Shown: piece after piece, positions 25,200 to 38,288 of the stretch | Layout of the letters: every line of letters begins with the position of its first letter | Numbering within the stretch: position 1 is the stretch's first letter | DNA from: Psammoneis japonica | Taxonomy: Eukaryota | DNA: 64,000 nt | Direction: 5' to 3' | Assembly: GCA_008632985.1 (NCBI GenBank) | Contig: QPGO01000153.1 | Span: 62,001 to 126,000, forward strand | Notes under the pieces: generated by a model | Seen by the model: the letters and a program-made list of their open reading frames with translations, nothing else | The model's database searches: none | Told to the model about the DNA's origin: nothing | Program-made: the position numbers and the translations under genes

Positions 25200-27567
25200 A
25201 GCAATATAAAGTTCCCATGGTTGATTTAATTGAGACAAATCATTTGAAATTAATGTGCTACACACGGCAGGAGCACACATCATTACATGCACGACACCAA
25301 AGATGGCGGGTTGAAGCCGTTCACTTGCGCTCAGGTCACCCTCCTCTGTTGGAACTGAGGAGGCACCAGAGACAACTGCTCTTCTTTGGCGCAATGAGCA
25401 TCAAGCCTGTCAGATCCAAGCACATTCTAAATTTTTTTGTGCCCCATGGCATCAACTCCCAGAGCACCAACAAGGGTCCGTCGTCCCGTCTTTCTCGGAG
25501 ATGGCTGCCATTCTGTGCTCATGGGGTTTGTTGGAAGGGACCGTCACACTGTGGCCAAGGTGGCTTCAGCCAGGAACCTTGTGCAGAGAATCACATCCCC
25601 AACAGTCACCCACTCCCTCCTCCTCTGTTGAGGAGCTGGGCTGCCCCAAATTGAGGCTGGAGCTCCTCAAAGCAATGAACCCCAGGGAGTTCACCCAGCT
25701 GCGGGGAGACCCACCACAGGTGATGAGACCGCACAGCAGATTTGGAAGATTGCCCATGCTCTTGCCTCATGCACCCCAATCTGCTCCTTTTGCTTGGCAC
25801 TGTCAGGAAAAAGCCCAAGAGCAGGGCCATCTCACACTCTCATTTTTTCATCTTGAGGGAGACCCTCACTTCCTGTGGGCAGAGCTGAACAGGGTTGGGT
25901 CTTTGCCATGCCACTGTGCGGCATTAAAAACAAACCATGATGGCAAAGCCTCCGGGGCCAGACCCAATCAGGAGGAGTGGAGGCCCCTGCTTTAGAGGAG
26001 CCCATCTCCCGGTGGGAAAATTGACATGAGAACAACCCCTCCAAACTCAACACATGGGAAAAGACCTTGCTTGGTCAGAACAGGAGCAACATGCTCACAA
26101 ACATTTTTGTTCATTGCTGGAAGTTGTTCCAATGTTTCCTCTTGAGCTTCTTCTCAATGGCATCTGTTTTGACAAAATGTCAGATCTTCTCAAAACAGCA
26201 CACACCAGCTGGCATGTCACCCGCTCTTGTTCAGTGGCTGTTCAACTTGCACCAACTGTCTCTCCCTTGCCAACACAGTGAGCTGCCATGCAGGTGGTCT
26301 GCGTTCCAAGTCAATGGCAACGACAACACCCAACACATGTGACTCAATCTTTCACACCCACTTGGCTTTTGCAGAATGTTGCTGCTTCAGTCAACTCTGA
26401 TGCTTCTTTTTTGGCATTCTTTCTGCTTGCACACACATGGCCTCACATGTTTCACAAACAGAGCTGCCAGTCACAACATGAAGGTTTCTGTGTGACAGCA
26501 ACACAATTGTCCAATTCAAGTCAGCCAAACTCTCACACTCACTCATCATTTGCAGAACTTCACTCAATCAACTTGACATGCAAAGCACATTTTTTGGCAT
26601 TTTTTCTGTGTGCACGCACAACTCACATGTTTCACAATGCTGTGAGAGATGTGCTGGGACAGCTGCTTCCCAAAAGTTCTGCTTGTCTGTGCATTTTTGG
26701 GGGGTGCCAGTGCAGTTTCCAGGTGTGAGAAAAGATGATTCTGTCCAGCATTGAATGGCCAAATTTGAGTGAAAAACCCACTCACACACTGTTGTTTGAC
26801 AGGCTGCTCTAGCACAAATGCTGGACATGATTTTTTGGACAGCAGCTGTCTAAAAACATGCTCCAAACAGACCCTCTCCCAATTTGCTTCTACTGAGAGG
26901 GGGGTGCGCTGCCTGGCAGCATGGCCCTGCTCATGTTTCTTCATGTGCCAGTGAGACAATTGTCAAATGACAGCATCAATCCAGCATGGCACCAAAAATG
27001 AACCCCTCCCCCCAACAATGCAACTTCATGTTTGAGCCAGTGCTTAAAACATTGACATGGGTGCAGCCAAGTGTGAGGCTTTGCAGCCTGGTGAGGACAG
27101 AGGGAAGGAACAATTTGTGAGGCAGAGTGCAGTGCACAGGTGCAAGGATTTTGTGCAGAAGCAGTGTGTCCAGCCACAGTGCTGATGGCTGCAGAAGGCA
27201 AAGGAAAAGAAACCAGAAGGGCTGCATGAGGTGTTGGCACACCAGCTCTCACAGAGAGCTGCACCTGCATGCTGCAGCTTGAAGAAGCAGTTTGAAGGAA
27301 TTAACAAGGTGCCAAAAGGGAAAGTTGTGAGAGCTGTGAGACTGTTTTGGGCACCAAAAGCAAGTGCAGGGGTTGTGAGATGCTCTGCAGCAAAACCCAG
27401 CAAGAGCCCCAGCCAGCCAGCAAAAGATCCCCGCATGTTGTCCATGACCAAGTCGCACTCCACAAAGTGATTTCAGCACCACTTTGGCAGAATTGCATCA
27501 GTGCTTGTTGCAAAATCTCCAAAATTAGCACACCCAAAGCATGTCATCAGAGCTTGCACTGAAAATG

Positions 27568-27594
27568 TCTCTCTCTCTCTCTCTCTCTCTCTCT
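27568..27594. repeat. (CT)n microsatellite
   Basis: About 13 TC units. Confidence 0.9.
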
Positions 27595-29460
27595 GCTGCC
27601 ATGTGCTGCTTGCATCAAATGAGAACACAAAAGCATGTCCTCCATGGCCTCTCTGCAGAGCTGGAAAATCATGTTTGTGCAGCTTTGGCTTGCAGCATTG
27701 GTGCAGAACTCCCAACATGACACTTCACAGAGACGTTGCCAAGACCCAACTTGTGAGAGCAGCACCAAAAGCAAAAAGCAGCACAGCAAGCAGTCAGTGC
27801 AACAGCAATGACAAAGAACAGATGAAAAGAGTGAAAATTCACAGGCACACAGCATCTGAGGTGGACAAAAATGACCTCCAGCACGTGCCAGCACAAGGTG
27901 AGCAGCCAGCACAGCAGAAGCAGAGCAAGCAAATGAAGGCTTGCTTTTGTTGAGGAGGGTGCATGAGCAAAGTCAAACAGCCATGCAGAGAGAAGCAAAC
28001 CAACTTTGTGCAGCCTTGGTCAGGTGGTGGCTCAAGAGTGCACACATTCTTGTCATGCACAGCCACAGCTGCTTGCAAGGCACACCAACAAGCACACCAA
28101 CAGCTGTGCTGGCATCAGCTCCCAGTTGCAAGAGCTTGCCTCTTGCATCACCAACTCAGCACACTTTGTGGAAAAGTTGAAAAGCAAAATGCTTTGACCG
28201 GTGTGTGTGACACGGCAACAGGTGTCTGCCTTGCAGAACCATCATTGGCACAATCTTGGCATGCCGAGAGATTGAGTTGGCATGCCAAGTTGTCGCACCA
28301 AGATTTACGTTTGCCCACCAACTTGGCCCACCAACTTGCTCTAAACCCAACAGAGAGTGTGCATTGCTTTTCAAACAACTCCACTCTTGGCAACAGAGTC
28401 ATCCTTGGATTTCTTCCAACAGTCAATCAGCCATCTTGGCTGGGTGGTGTCAACTTGACACTGAAGAAGAAGACACATGATTTTTGTCATTGGAAATGCA
28501 ACAGCGAGCAAATGGGCATCACTGGCATGCCTGGTTCTTTGAATGACATGGCAATGTGGTGCAATGGCAAGATGGAGTGGCATGTGAATGAAAGCAAAAT
28601 GCTCCACCAAAAGATCCAAAAGATGCTTTGCTCTGTTTGGGCTCCATGTCTGGTCAGCACTTCTCACATCCTGGGCAGATGAGCAGCTGTCATCAGCCTG
28701 TGACCAGCGCTGCATGCATGAAGCTGGTTGCAGGCCTGTCTTGTCCATCCTTCTGCTGGTGCAGCTCAAGACTCCCATGGTGGGTGATGCCATGAAGCTG
28801 ACATCAGCACACCGTGTGACAAAAAAGAGCACATTGTCAAAATTCAAGCAGACAACATGATTGCTGAAGACAGGTTGGCTTGGCCATTTGCTTTCATCCC
28901 ATCACTGAGCACTGAGCACAACACCACTCCCTGCAGCAAGCACTGATGGCAGAGAGTGGGAGCCCTTTGATCAAGTGTGGAAGCCCGTTGGACCATCATG
29001 GGTGTCATCTTCTGATTGGTCAGCATGGCCAAAGCCATTGTCTCTTCCACAGTGTTCCTTTTAAACTGCAGAGGCTGCACAAGCACCAGGAGAGAAACAT
29101 CTCTGGCCCATTGTCAACCAAAGTGAGGACAAGATTGTGAATCAGAGCTTCTTTTGTGCAGCCCCCCTTGATCACCAAGGCACACATTGCCGCTTGTCAA
29201 GATTGCAATGAGTGTGGCTCACTGCCATTCAAGGAAATGCGCACAATCTCAAGGGACTGCAGGGGTCCCACCCAGGTGGTGACACTGTGTTGTGGAAGCC
29301 CATTGGCTGTGCATGATGCAACAAAGAGATTCAAGGCTGTCGGACACACCACAGATGCCAAGGTCCTGATGAATGACTTTCTTGTTGTTGGGTGTGTCTG
29401 CCCAAACAAGCCTTCAGCAGAGCTTCCAACTTCCATGGACAGGAGAACAAAGATGCCAAG

Positions 29461-29532
29461 AAGCAGGAGTGGCTGCTCTTTGATGAAACCCAAAAGCTGG
29501 AGTGGCTGCTCTTTGATGAAACCCAGAAGCTG
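29461..29532. repeat. 33-bp tandem duplication
   Basis: gagtggctgctctttgatgaaaccca(a/g)aagctg twice. Confidence 0.85.
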
Positions 29533-32288
29533 AATTTGTGTCCAGGAACCATGATGAATCTTGACACCAGCAATCTCAAGGATGCAGAACTCAGCTTGAC
29601 AAAAGCTTTTGAGTTTGCAGTGGCTGTTGCTTTGCAGGTTGGGAACAACTGTGGCTCATCACCCAATCTTGTGCAAATGTTGATGATGTGAGAAAGTTCA
29701 AGGGAGATTGCAATGGAGCCAAGCCCTGACACATCAGCCAAGAGAGAAGCAGGAAGCACCTGCTCACATTCTTCTTCTGCTCAACAACTTCACCGCAGCC
29801 AACCAGACCCTGTGGTGCATCCATCTTTTTGGCGGGAAAGTGATGATCTGCCAGTCTCTGGCAACCAAGCTTGTTGTGCCAAGTTTCAAGGGTTTGGGGA
29901 TCAGGAACCCAGGAGTTGTGCACAGAGATGCTGTCAATGGCAGCAAGAAGCAGCAGAGCAGCATGAGAGTCAAGGCTTCTGGCAAAGGACAGCTTCTTGG
30001 GCAACTGAGCAGTCAATGATTGAAACACAGACTGTTGGGTGGCACAATGTTGCCATGCACAAAAGAAGGATTCAACAACACAGGGGGAAAAGCAACTTCC
30101 TTGCAGTTCTTGGCTTTGGAAATGTCTTCTTTCACCAGTGCTGATTCTTCCTGTTGCAAATGACAGTTTTTCTCTGCATTGCATCACACAAACCAAAGTT
30201 GCTGTTCTGGCACACAAACTCCACAATCTTTGTGGGCACCGCCCACTTTCAAAACATTTTAGGCCATTTTCTGCCATTTTGACTCCAAAATGGAGACCCA
30301 TTTTCTAAAACACCTGTTGTTGTTCTCTGTTTTGTTTTTGTTGCTGTTTTGGGATTTGCTGTTCTCAAATTTTCATTCAAAAACCTTGCAAAAACTGGAT
30401 GCCACAAATTTGTTTTGAGCACATTGTGCCCTGTTTCAACGCAAAATTTTGATTTTTTCATTCTCAACAACACTCCATTTTTGTTTCAGAATGAATCAAA
30501 AAGGAACAACATGCAATCTTTGCAAAATCACAAAGAAGAGTGCATTGCAGGTGATCGGCACAATGCTCGTTCATGGTGCATTCTGTCGCAATGGCTGTGC
30601 TGCTTCATGAGATTGTCTTTTGTTGGTGATGAGACATTGTGTGGCTTCTGTCTTTCAAATGGATGAGGCAGGGTTGGTCCAAAGTGACCACTCTACAAAG
30701 GCATCTTGTTTTGGTTCTGGTTCTTGGCAAAACTGGGGCAAAGGACTTGCCAATTGCCGTTGTTGATTGTTGGCTTCATTTGCATCACTTTTGATTGAGC
30801 TGCTTGCAAATGGAGTGTGTGGTTTTCTAAAAGATTGCATCAATGTGGGGGGCAAATGATGGGCATGATGCCATTGCCTTCATCTCGTCAAAGTGCAACA
30901 CCAAAATGCACGAGCTTGCCGTTTCATTTCCCCACACATTTTGTCATGACAATTCTGCCACTTGCACAACACAGACAGTTGCTTGCATCCTGTGCAATTG
31001 AACAGGGATGCAAAGAAAAAGGAACAGATTTCTTCCTTGCATGCAGAAACAATGCCAGCTTCTTGTGCAGTTTGCATGTTCCTCACAGGGAGCTTCATGT
31101 TTTTCACAACATTTTGTTCAAAATGTTCATCCATGAAGAATCTTTGTTGTCAGATTCTGCATTGATTTTGTGCACTGAACATCAATGCATGTGTGTCCTG
31201 CTGGGCCATTGGGGGTGCGCACTTGACTTCAGAGCATCCAGCCCACAAGGCTGCCACTGCATCAGAGTGCACGACATCGCAATGTCTGCACACATGATGA
31301 AAATGTGTTGCCAAATTATAAAATCTGCTCATCTGCACATGATGGTTTTTGTCATTTGGTCAATTGTCAATTTCCTGCTGTTCTTCATGTTTGAACACAG
31401 ATGCTTTTTAATTTTTGTGCTCAGCCTTTTTCACAACAACCAACGATCTTTAACGACAAGCCAAACATTGCAATTGCATGCAATGAAATTTTCATCATGC
31501 AAAGTGTGCACCAATTGTTTGATCAATGACTGTGCTCCAATTGGCCTGTTCGTCTGCATCATCCTCTTCATTCCATGTGTCTTGTCTGCTCTCTTGCAAG
31601 AATTTCAAACATGCCGCTGCCGCATTGGATGTTTCCTCGTCACCGTTCCAAAAAAGCCACACTGCCTTTCTTGCATTTGGGTGAACATCATCAAGAGGAA
31701 GAGGTCCCTCAAAACACAGAATCGCATCGCTGCTCCCCTCTTGACGTCGTGTCGTCTGCTTCTTTTTCTCTTTCTTCATTTTTCCCATCCCATTTTTCTC
31801 TTCCTTCTTCGTCTTGGCACCGCCTGTTTTCACCGTCTCTGGCGTCTTTCCATCCAAATCCTTCTTTTTCATTGATCCCGTTGCCGTCACCTTCATTGTG
31901 TGTCACTTTGTTTTGGATCCATGTTTCTGACTTCTCTCCATGCTGTCCCCATTTCCGAGTGCTTCTTTGTGATTGTTCGCATGCGTCACTTGAAGGCACC
32001 CACGTGTTCTTCATGCACCTTAATGTGCATGTAGAAATCCATGTTGTTTTCCAGTGCATGCACCCTTTCTCCTGATGCATGTTTTCACAATGTTTTCTTC
32101 CATCAATTCCACACTCTGCATTGCCCTTTCCCGGCACAATCTTACGTGGGATTTCTCTGGGAGAAGTCACATGCACGTCTGGTGGGTTTTTGTGTGTGAA
32201 ACTCCAAATCCTGCCAGGCACGCATGTGGCTTCTCCCGCGCACCACTCTGGCACATTTCTGTAGAAACCAGAATTTTGTGACTGACGC

Positions 32289-33356
32289 GTGACCAATCTG
32301 GTGAATGCAATGGTGGACCCACGACCACAACAATCAGAGCATTGGAAGAAAACCATGTCAGATGAACTCCGTCTGTCCGCTGCTGAGGATTTCCATCGCC
32401 GGATGATGGAGACAGTTGATGGTTTTGTTCACGCTGACGCTGCTTGTTGTTCGGAGGGACAGAGAGCAAAGGATGCAAAGGCTGCTGTGTCAAGATTGGT
32501 GGAAGCAATGGCAGAAGCCTGTTGTGTTGTTGTGGCTGCAATGACCGCACTTGACAGTGCTTTGTTAAATCAAGCAACAACCGCTCGCGAATTTAAGCAC
32601 ATCCATGTGCAGTTCATTGAGTCATCGATCGAGACACACTGTTCAGACAATGACCATGTTGTTGCAGTGGAAAATCACAGCAAAGCGGAAATGAGTTTCC
32701 AACGCTTTCTTCACGGTGACGCATTTGACGCAAAAGAATTGGGGCTCCCAATCTCCGTTGCGGGACATCAAAAATCAGAATGTGGGCCAAACATGCTGCA
32801 CAGCTGTGACTCGACGTTGCTTCTGAGAAGCCTCAGGGCAAATTCTGACACAGACGCCAACAGAGCAGCAGAGAGGGAGTTTTCTGTGATTGACAGCATT
32901 GACAAATCCATCCACCGCCGTGCCGTGCCACTCCTTCGAAGGCGACATCTAACACAGCCGCAGCGTGTCCTGAAGGACACACTCACGTTGCTCCACGAGG
33001 CCCTCAATGATTTGAGAAGGAAAGATGTTGCCTTGCAGCGACAGTGGCAAGCTTTGCATGATCTGAGGCCAGGCACAGATCAAATGCGGGGAGGGACATG
33101 GACCGCGATCCGGGCCATGGACGAAGAAGCCGTGGCAAGAGAAAGGGTCCTGCAGTTGGCATTGCAAATCGAGGCACAATTGGTGGCTGTCAACCAGCCT
33201 GACCACAGCGCCGACTTTCAGCAGGCGATTGTGGCTGCCAGGGAACATTTCATGGTGCAGGATGACCAAATGGACCGTGCAAGTGGACACTGCATAGAAT
33301 CTGTGAGGAAGCAATTGCTCCAAAAATGCACACACTGTGAGCGAATGACAGATTGA
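32289..33356 (+). pseudogene. Tyr-free helical ORF, probable mutated transposon accessory gene
   Basis: 355-aa protein-like, coiled-coil-rich ORF with no Tyr, converging on the transposase. Confidence 0.45.
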
Positions 33357-33369
33357 CACGCGTGTCCCA

Positions 33370-36300
33370 TTTTAGAAACAAATCTGACCAACACTTCCTT
33401 CTGTCCTGTGTGGCCCAAACAAACAGGGCCTTTTCTTGCGCTTCTGCTGCTCCTGGACATTCTTCATAAACCAAAACATTGTCCCCATTTGCTTTGACAG
33501 GGACAACACGTAACTTGGGTGAGTGCTGAGTCTTCTCAGGCGTTGAAAGCCAGTTGTTTCGTTTGTGATCAAGCTGCCAGCGACTGACCAAGTCTGCATG
33601 CTGATGCCGTTGCCTCACAGTTCTCTGGTCAGCTTGACAAGCAGTTGGATGGACAACTGCAAAAATCGATCCTGTGTCTTCCTGTTCAAAGAAACACAGC
33701 AAATGGGAGGGAAACTGTTGATTGCCCTTTCGTGTGCCAAAGGTCACACAGGCAAAGTCATGCCATGGTCCTTCGCTTTTGCAATCGGGGTGCGCACGGC
33801 ACGCATCCCTCCCGCTTGCATTGTAAAACTCTGTCTTACAAGTCAGGTGTGCACTTTCACTGTCTTCACCAACACAACTCCCAGCATGTGATTGTCCGTC
33901 CTGACTCTTGATGATTCCTTTTTCCCAGTTGGCAAAATCCAACTGCCAGCTGAAATTGCGGCGTTGAGCCTCATTTGGTCCTCCATGCGTGACACGACCT
34001 GCTTCAGAAAACTGTCGAGGTTGCGTTGTTGTGCGGCAGATGACGGCAGCTTGAAAAAGTCTTTCAAGAGACATTCCCCCAAGCCTGCGTCAAAGTTCAT
34101 CACATGTCGGTGATGACAAAGAAACACTGGGAGATGGAGTGTTTCATGAAGCTTTTGAAGCTTCCACCCGTGTCCTTCTGTTCGCGGGACGAATTGCACC
34201 ATCCGGTCAATGAGGAGACGGATTTTCTTGTTTATTTTCTGAACAGATGAACTGGGAGTTGCGCTTGTGATGGGTGGATTGCCTGGCCTGCACCATGCGT
34301 GGAAGACAAGAAGGTCCTCGAGCAATTGAATGAATTGCTGGACGCTGCAGTTGAGTCTTTTTCCCTTGCATTTTTTCTTTTTTTGGTTGTCGTCACCATC
34401 CTCAGAGCCTCACTCTCCTCTTTCTCATCCTCATTTTTGTCCCAGTCACCCTCTTTGGACTCCTCCGACCTTTCATTGCGTCAGAGTCGTCCAAGTGCTC
34501 ACCAGGTTGGCAGCAACTCTCAAAGTTTGCTTTGGGTGTCTTGCGATTCTCTGGAACAATGGGTTCATCTGCGTCCTCGTCAAGGAAGCATGACTCACAT
34601 GCGTTTCGTCCCTCGCTGGTTGGCAGGAGAAGGTAGAAAACAAAAGCCATTCCAGCCCAGTGGTGAGAGTTGAGGAAGGCAAGCGACGTTGCTCCTTCTT
34701 TGAAGTTTGTTTGCAAAAAGGATGCTTTGCAAGTTGACCGGTGATTGCTGAAAATCCTTTCCACCATGCTGTCCACCTCACTTGCGACCACAGGTGTCAT
34801 GCTGTCTACAAATGAATTGATTGCCCTTTTCAAGGTGCCATTTTCAAAGAGATGCATCATGTCGCTTGCTGTTGCAAGGGTGACGCCATGTGGTTGTGCG
34901 CCAAAGTCTGCCTCAAAAAGACAGTTGGCAGGTGCGTTGTGTTGCTTGAGGTGATGAAAGATGCCCAACCAGTGCTTCCTTTCTTGGTCTGATCTGTTGT
35001 CGTCGTTGGCCTTAGTTTGCACTTGGTGGAGATCCAGTCCTCGGATGAACTCGCATTCAATCCATGGGTCGTCCAGTTTGTTGAAGCCAGTGAGGCAAAA
35101 ACGACAGCAACGTTGACGACAGTTGTGACCTCCACATCGTCCGACGAGACAGTCGCCGCTTTTTGCGTCTCCTGTGATGAGAACAATCAGCGGGATCACG
35201 TGGAGGTGTCGCATCTCATCCCCTTGTCGCACGCATGTTTTCATGCCTCCTTTTCTCATGACTTCCAAAAGTGGCTCCAAAACAACATGCAAGCAAGTGT
35301 GGTGGTCTCTTGACAAGCGTCCCTTCTCCTCCTTGCGATTGTTTGAGAGATTCTTTGCCGCAGATGATGACATCTTTTCCAAATCCGGGAGACAACCAAC
35401 TGGTTTCCAGACACTCTTGTCCGACCATTTGTTGAAGGCAACATGCACAGAGGTCATGATCACTGGTTCTCCGCAATGTGATCCCATCCCTTGTGTCCTG
35501 CCAGTCTTGTCGAGGTAAATGACACTGCACTCAAGAAATTGTTTCTCCGGGTCAGTTGTCCATTCTTCGTAACTGCGCCTGCACCACTCACCCGCCAAAA
35601 GGCACTTGTCATCTGGTCCCTTCGCTTTGCACTTCCCAAAAGGATTGTCTGGATTGGCCATGTTCTCTCTGCTGCACCACAGGTGAGGATCGAGCAAAAA
35701 CTGTTCCCAAACCTTTGTGAAATCCCATCTTGGCACTGACACTCGTTTTGGCAAACCGGTTTTGAAATTTTTGGTTTCTAGAGTGACAGGAACAGACTCT
35801 CTGGGTGGAAGAGGGAAATGCTTGGTTAAGACGTGCATCAACTCTTTTCTCCTTGGCAGAACTGCACCAAGCTCAATGTTGCTGTTGCCAGTGTGCCTCT
35901 CAATGAAATCAACAGTGTGGTCGTGCAATTCCAGGGGAGCACCACGTGTGTCCATGAGCTTCTTGCACAACTCTGTGCAAGCTCTGTCAAGATTTGTCAA
36001 AGAGGGAGTAGAAGCCAAGGCCTCTTCTGCAGGAGCATCACACCTGATCCCCAAACGTTGATCCTCATCATTGATGTCCTCTTCCTCCTCCATTGTCACG
36101 TCCAACACTGCAGCAAAGGATTGATCACCGCCAACATCCAAATCGTTCATTGCCAAAAGTTCAACTCCTTGCATGCTGTGGTTTGATGAAATGGAGGACA
36201 TGTCGTCCATTCCGTGCGGTGCGTCATCCGGGGAGGGGAACAAGGGGCTGCTGCTCGGATCACTCGTTGAAGATCTTGGGAATCTGCTGCGAGTTGATCA

Positions 36301-36530
36301 CCTCGGATGGGATTTGTCATCATCAGAGGATGAAGAGGAAGAACTGCTGCTTTCTTTGGGTGGCCCCTCCATTGTGGCAGGAGTGTCACTTTGATCTGGG
36401 ATCAGATCTTGGGTTTGCAACTCTTGGGCAACTGAGTGACACGTTGGTGAGCATCTCCAATGGCATGCCATTCGCAAAAAACTTTGGCCACAACCGGGAC
36501 AGAGAAGAGGGTTTCCGTCCATTGTAAATC
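33370..36530 (-). mobile_element. Plavaka-like (CACTA-related) DNA transposase pseudogene
   Basis: IYLDKT..GEPVIMT..WKPVG[C]LP..HTCLHVVLEPL..LITGDAKSGD..CRFC..DMMHLFENG, and downstream GWKLQKLHETLHL..NFDAG.GE..KDFFK; broken by stops and frameshifts. Family call is from recalled motifs, not a search. Confidence 0.7.
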
Positions 36531-37031
36531 AGACAACATTGACAGGGCCTTCATCAAGACTCATGCTCGTCGTCCTTGTCTTGTGGATGAGAAGGGAAAA
36601 AAAGAACAACATGCAAAAAATGGCGGGAAATTGGCAAACATTGCACTGTCTTCCAGATTGGGATGATTCTTGTGGGTGTGACGCATCTGCATTTTGATTT
36701 TTTATCTGGCATCCACAACGAACATTGTGCTTTTTATTTGCCATCAAAATGCAGGACATCATCTCCGTTGAAACGCAATGACAGCCATGTCAAAAAGTGA
36801 GTTGGGCTGTTCGTTGTCATGTGTGAACACATTTTCAAATTTCAATGTTGCTGACAACAACTCATGCAATGTTGTGGAGAAAAACAGAGTGCCTGGCTGT
36901 CTCAACACGACCCAAATGACGGTTGCACTGTTGGACAGTGCCACTCCTCTCATTGTTGCCGTGAAAAGATCAAGATGTCGTCTCCAGCACAACTGGCAAA
37001 GAAGAGAAAGAAAAATGAGACCATTGAGCCA

Positions 37032-38288
37032 ATGAGCCCAAGACTTCAGGCAGTGTTGAAGAGAACAGGTGCGCAGGCAGCACATGGTGCATTGAAATCA
37101 GAAGTAGAGAAGGTGGCTAGAAATGATCTCTTTCCACAGGTGAAGTTTCTCAGTCCGTCAGAATTGGCAAGCAATGGCAGCATCTCAATGTTTGTCAAGA
37201 AACAGATTGCAGGTGGCAACATGGACACTTCAAATTTGTCAGGAACTTGGGAGGAATGGGCAAAAAAGGCAGTAAAAAGGCAAATTGACAATCGCAGAAA
37301 CACGGTGTGTTCGGCTGTTGGGGTGGAGGCAATGGCCCGCAAGTCAAGTGACCAATGTGTGTGATTCGAGAGTTGCGTGCATCTCACAAGAAGATGACGG
37401 TGATGCTTTGTCCACACAGGCGTTGTCACCAAGGAAGAGGGAAAGGAAAAAGAAAAGAAACTCAAGGTGGCAGACAGGAGGAAAAAGAGGAAAAAGTCAA
37501 GCCGTGACAAGAATGAAGAGAATGACATCACGTTTGTGCCGACATGGGATCCGTTTGGCCTGGACACTGTCACCGGCAGTAAACGAAGGAACAAGCAGGC
37601 ACACAAGTGGTTCTGTGATCACATCCTGCCTCAAACCAAGCAAAAGCAGGCACGGAGCAGCACCATCAAAACTGGGAACGCACAGGTCTCACAGTTGTTT
37701 ACGGTTGGTGACGAAGCTTTGGCGCCATTGGCTGTGGAGAATTGTTGGCAGGTGTGGGCATGCAGGAACAAGGAGGAGGCGGTGGAAGAATTGGGTGAGG
37801 AAATCGAGCCCGAAGAAACAAGGCCTGCCCCTCGGCACACAAAGCCAAAGAAACAATGAGTGTCTTGGGGAGATGACGGAATCAATCGGTTCAACGATTT
37901 GTGCAAAGAGGTGACGAAAGACAGAGACTCCAAGGAGGGCAAGGAGTTTGAAAAGTGGCATGCGGAGATCAAGAAAAGCAAGTGCGAGAAGTCCGGAGAA
38001 GCAAAAAAGAAGAAAAAGAAAGCACCAACCGGTGATGTGGACAAGGTGAAGGCAATGAACAGCCCAATGGTGGAGAGCAGCAGGGACGACAACAGTGACA
38101 ACGATGAGCAGGAGGAAGGCGCAAAAGGCAAAACGGATGACGGAGGAGACGAGTCCGATGGAGACGAGTCCGATGGAGACGAGTCCGATGATGATCGTCA
38201 GCTCAGTTTGAGAGAGTTGCAGCAAGAAAATGCGTGCACAGTTGACACAGCACTCGGTCATTGCACTGCAGACGTAACAAGGGATTGA
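37032..38288 (+). pseudogene. Degenerate transposon-associated gene divergent from the transposase
   Basis: LFPQVKF..RRNTVCSAVG; WFCDHILP..FTVGDEALA.LAVEN[C]W..WGDDGINRFNDLC; acidic tail with GDESD x3 (15-bp repeat, ~38145-38190). Confidence 0.5.

Noticed and set aside
27963..28682. GMPGSLND motif suggesting a PIF/Harbinger transposase
   Set aside because: Other expected motifs could not be found; too degraded to call.
25260..31900. Many Cys/His/Gln-rich ORFs, e.g. 30817-31875, resembling metal-binding or membrane proteins
   Set aside because: Composition follows from TG/CA saturation; no Tyr and no recognisable domains.
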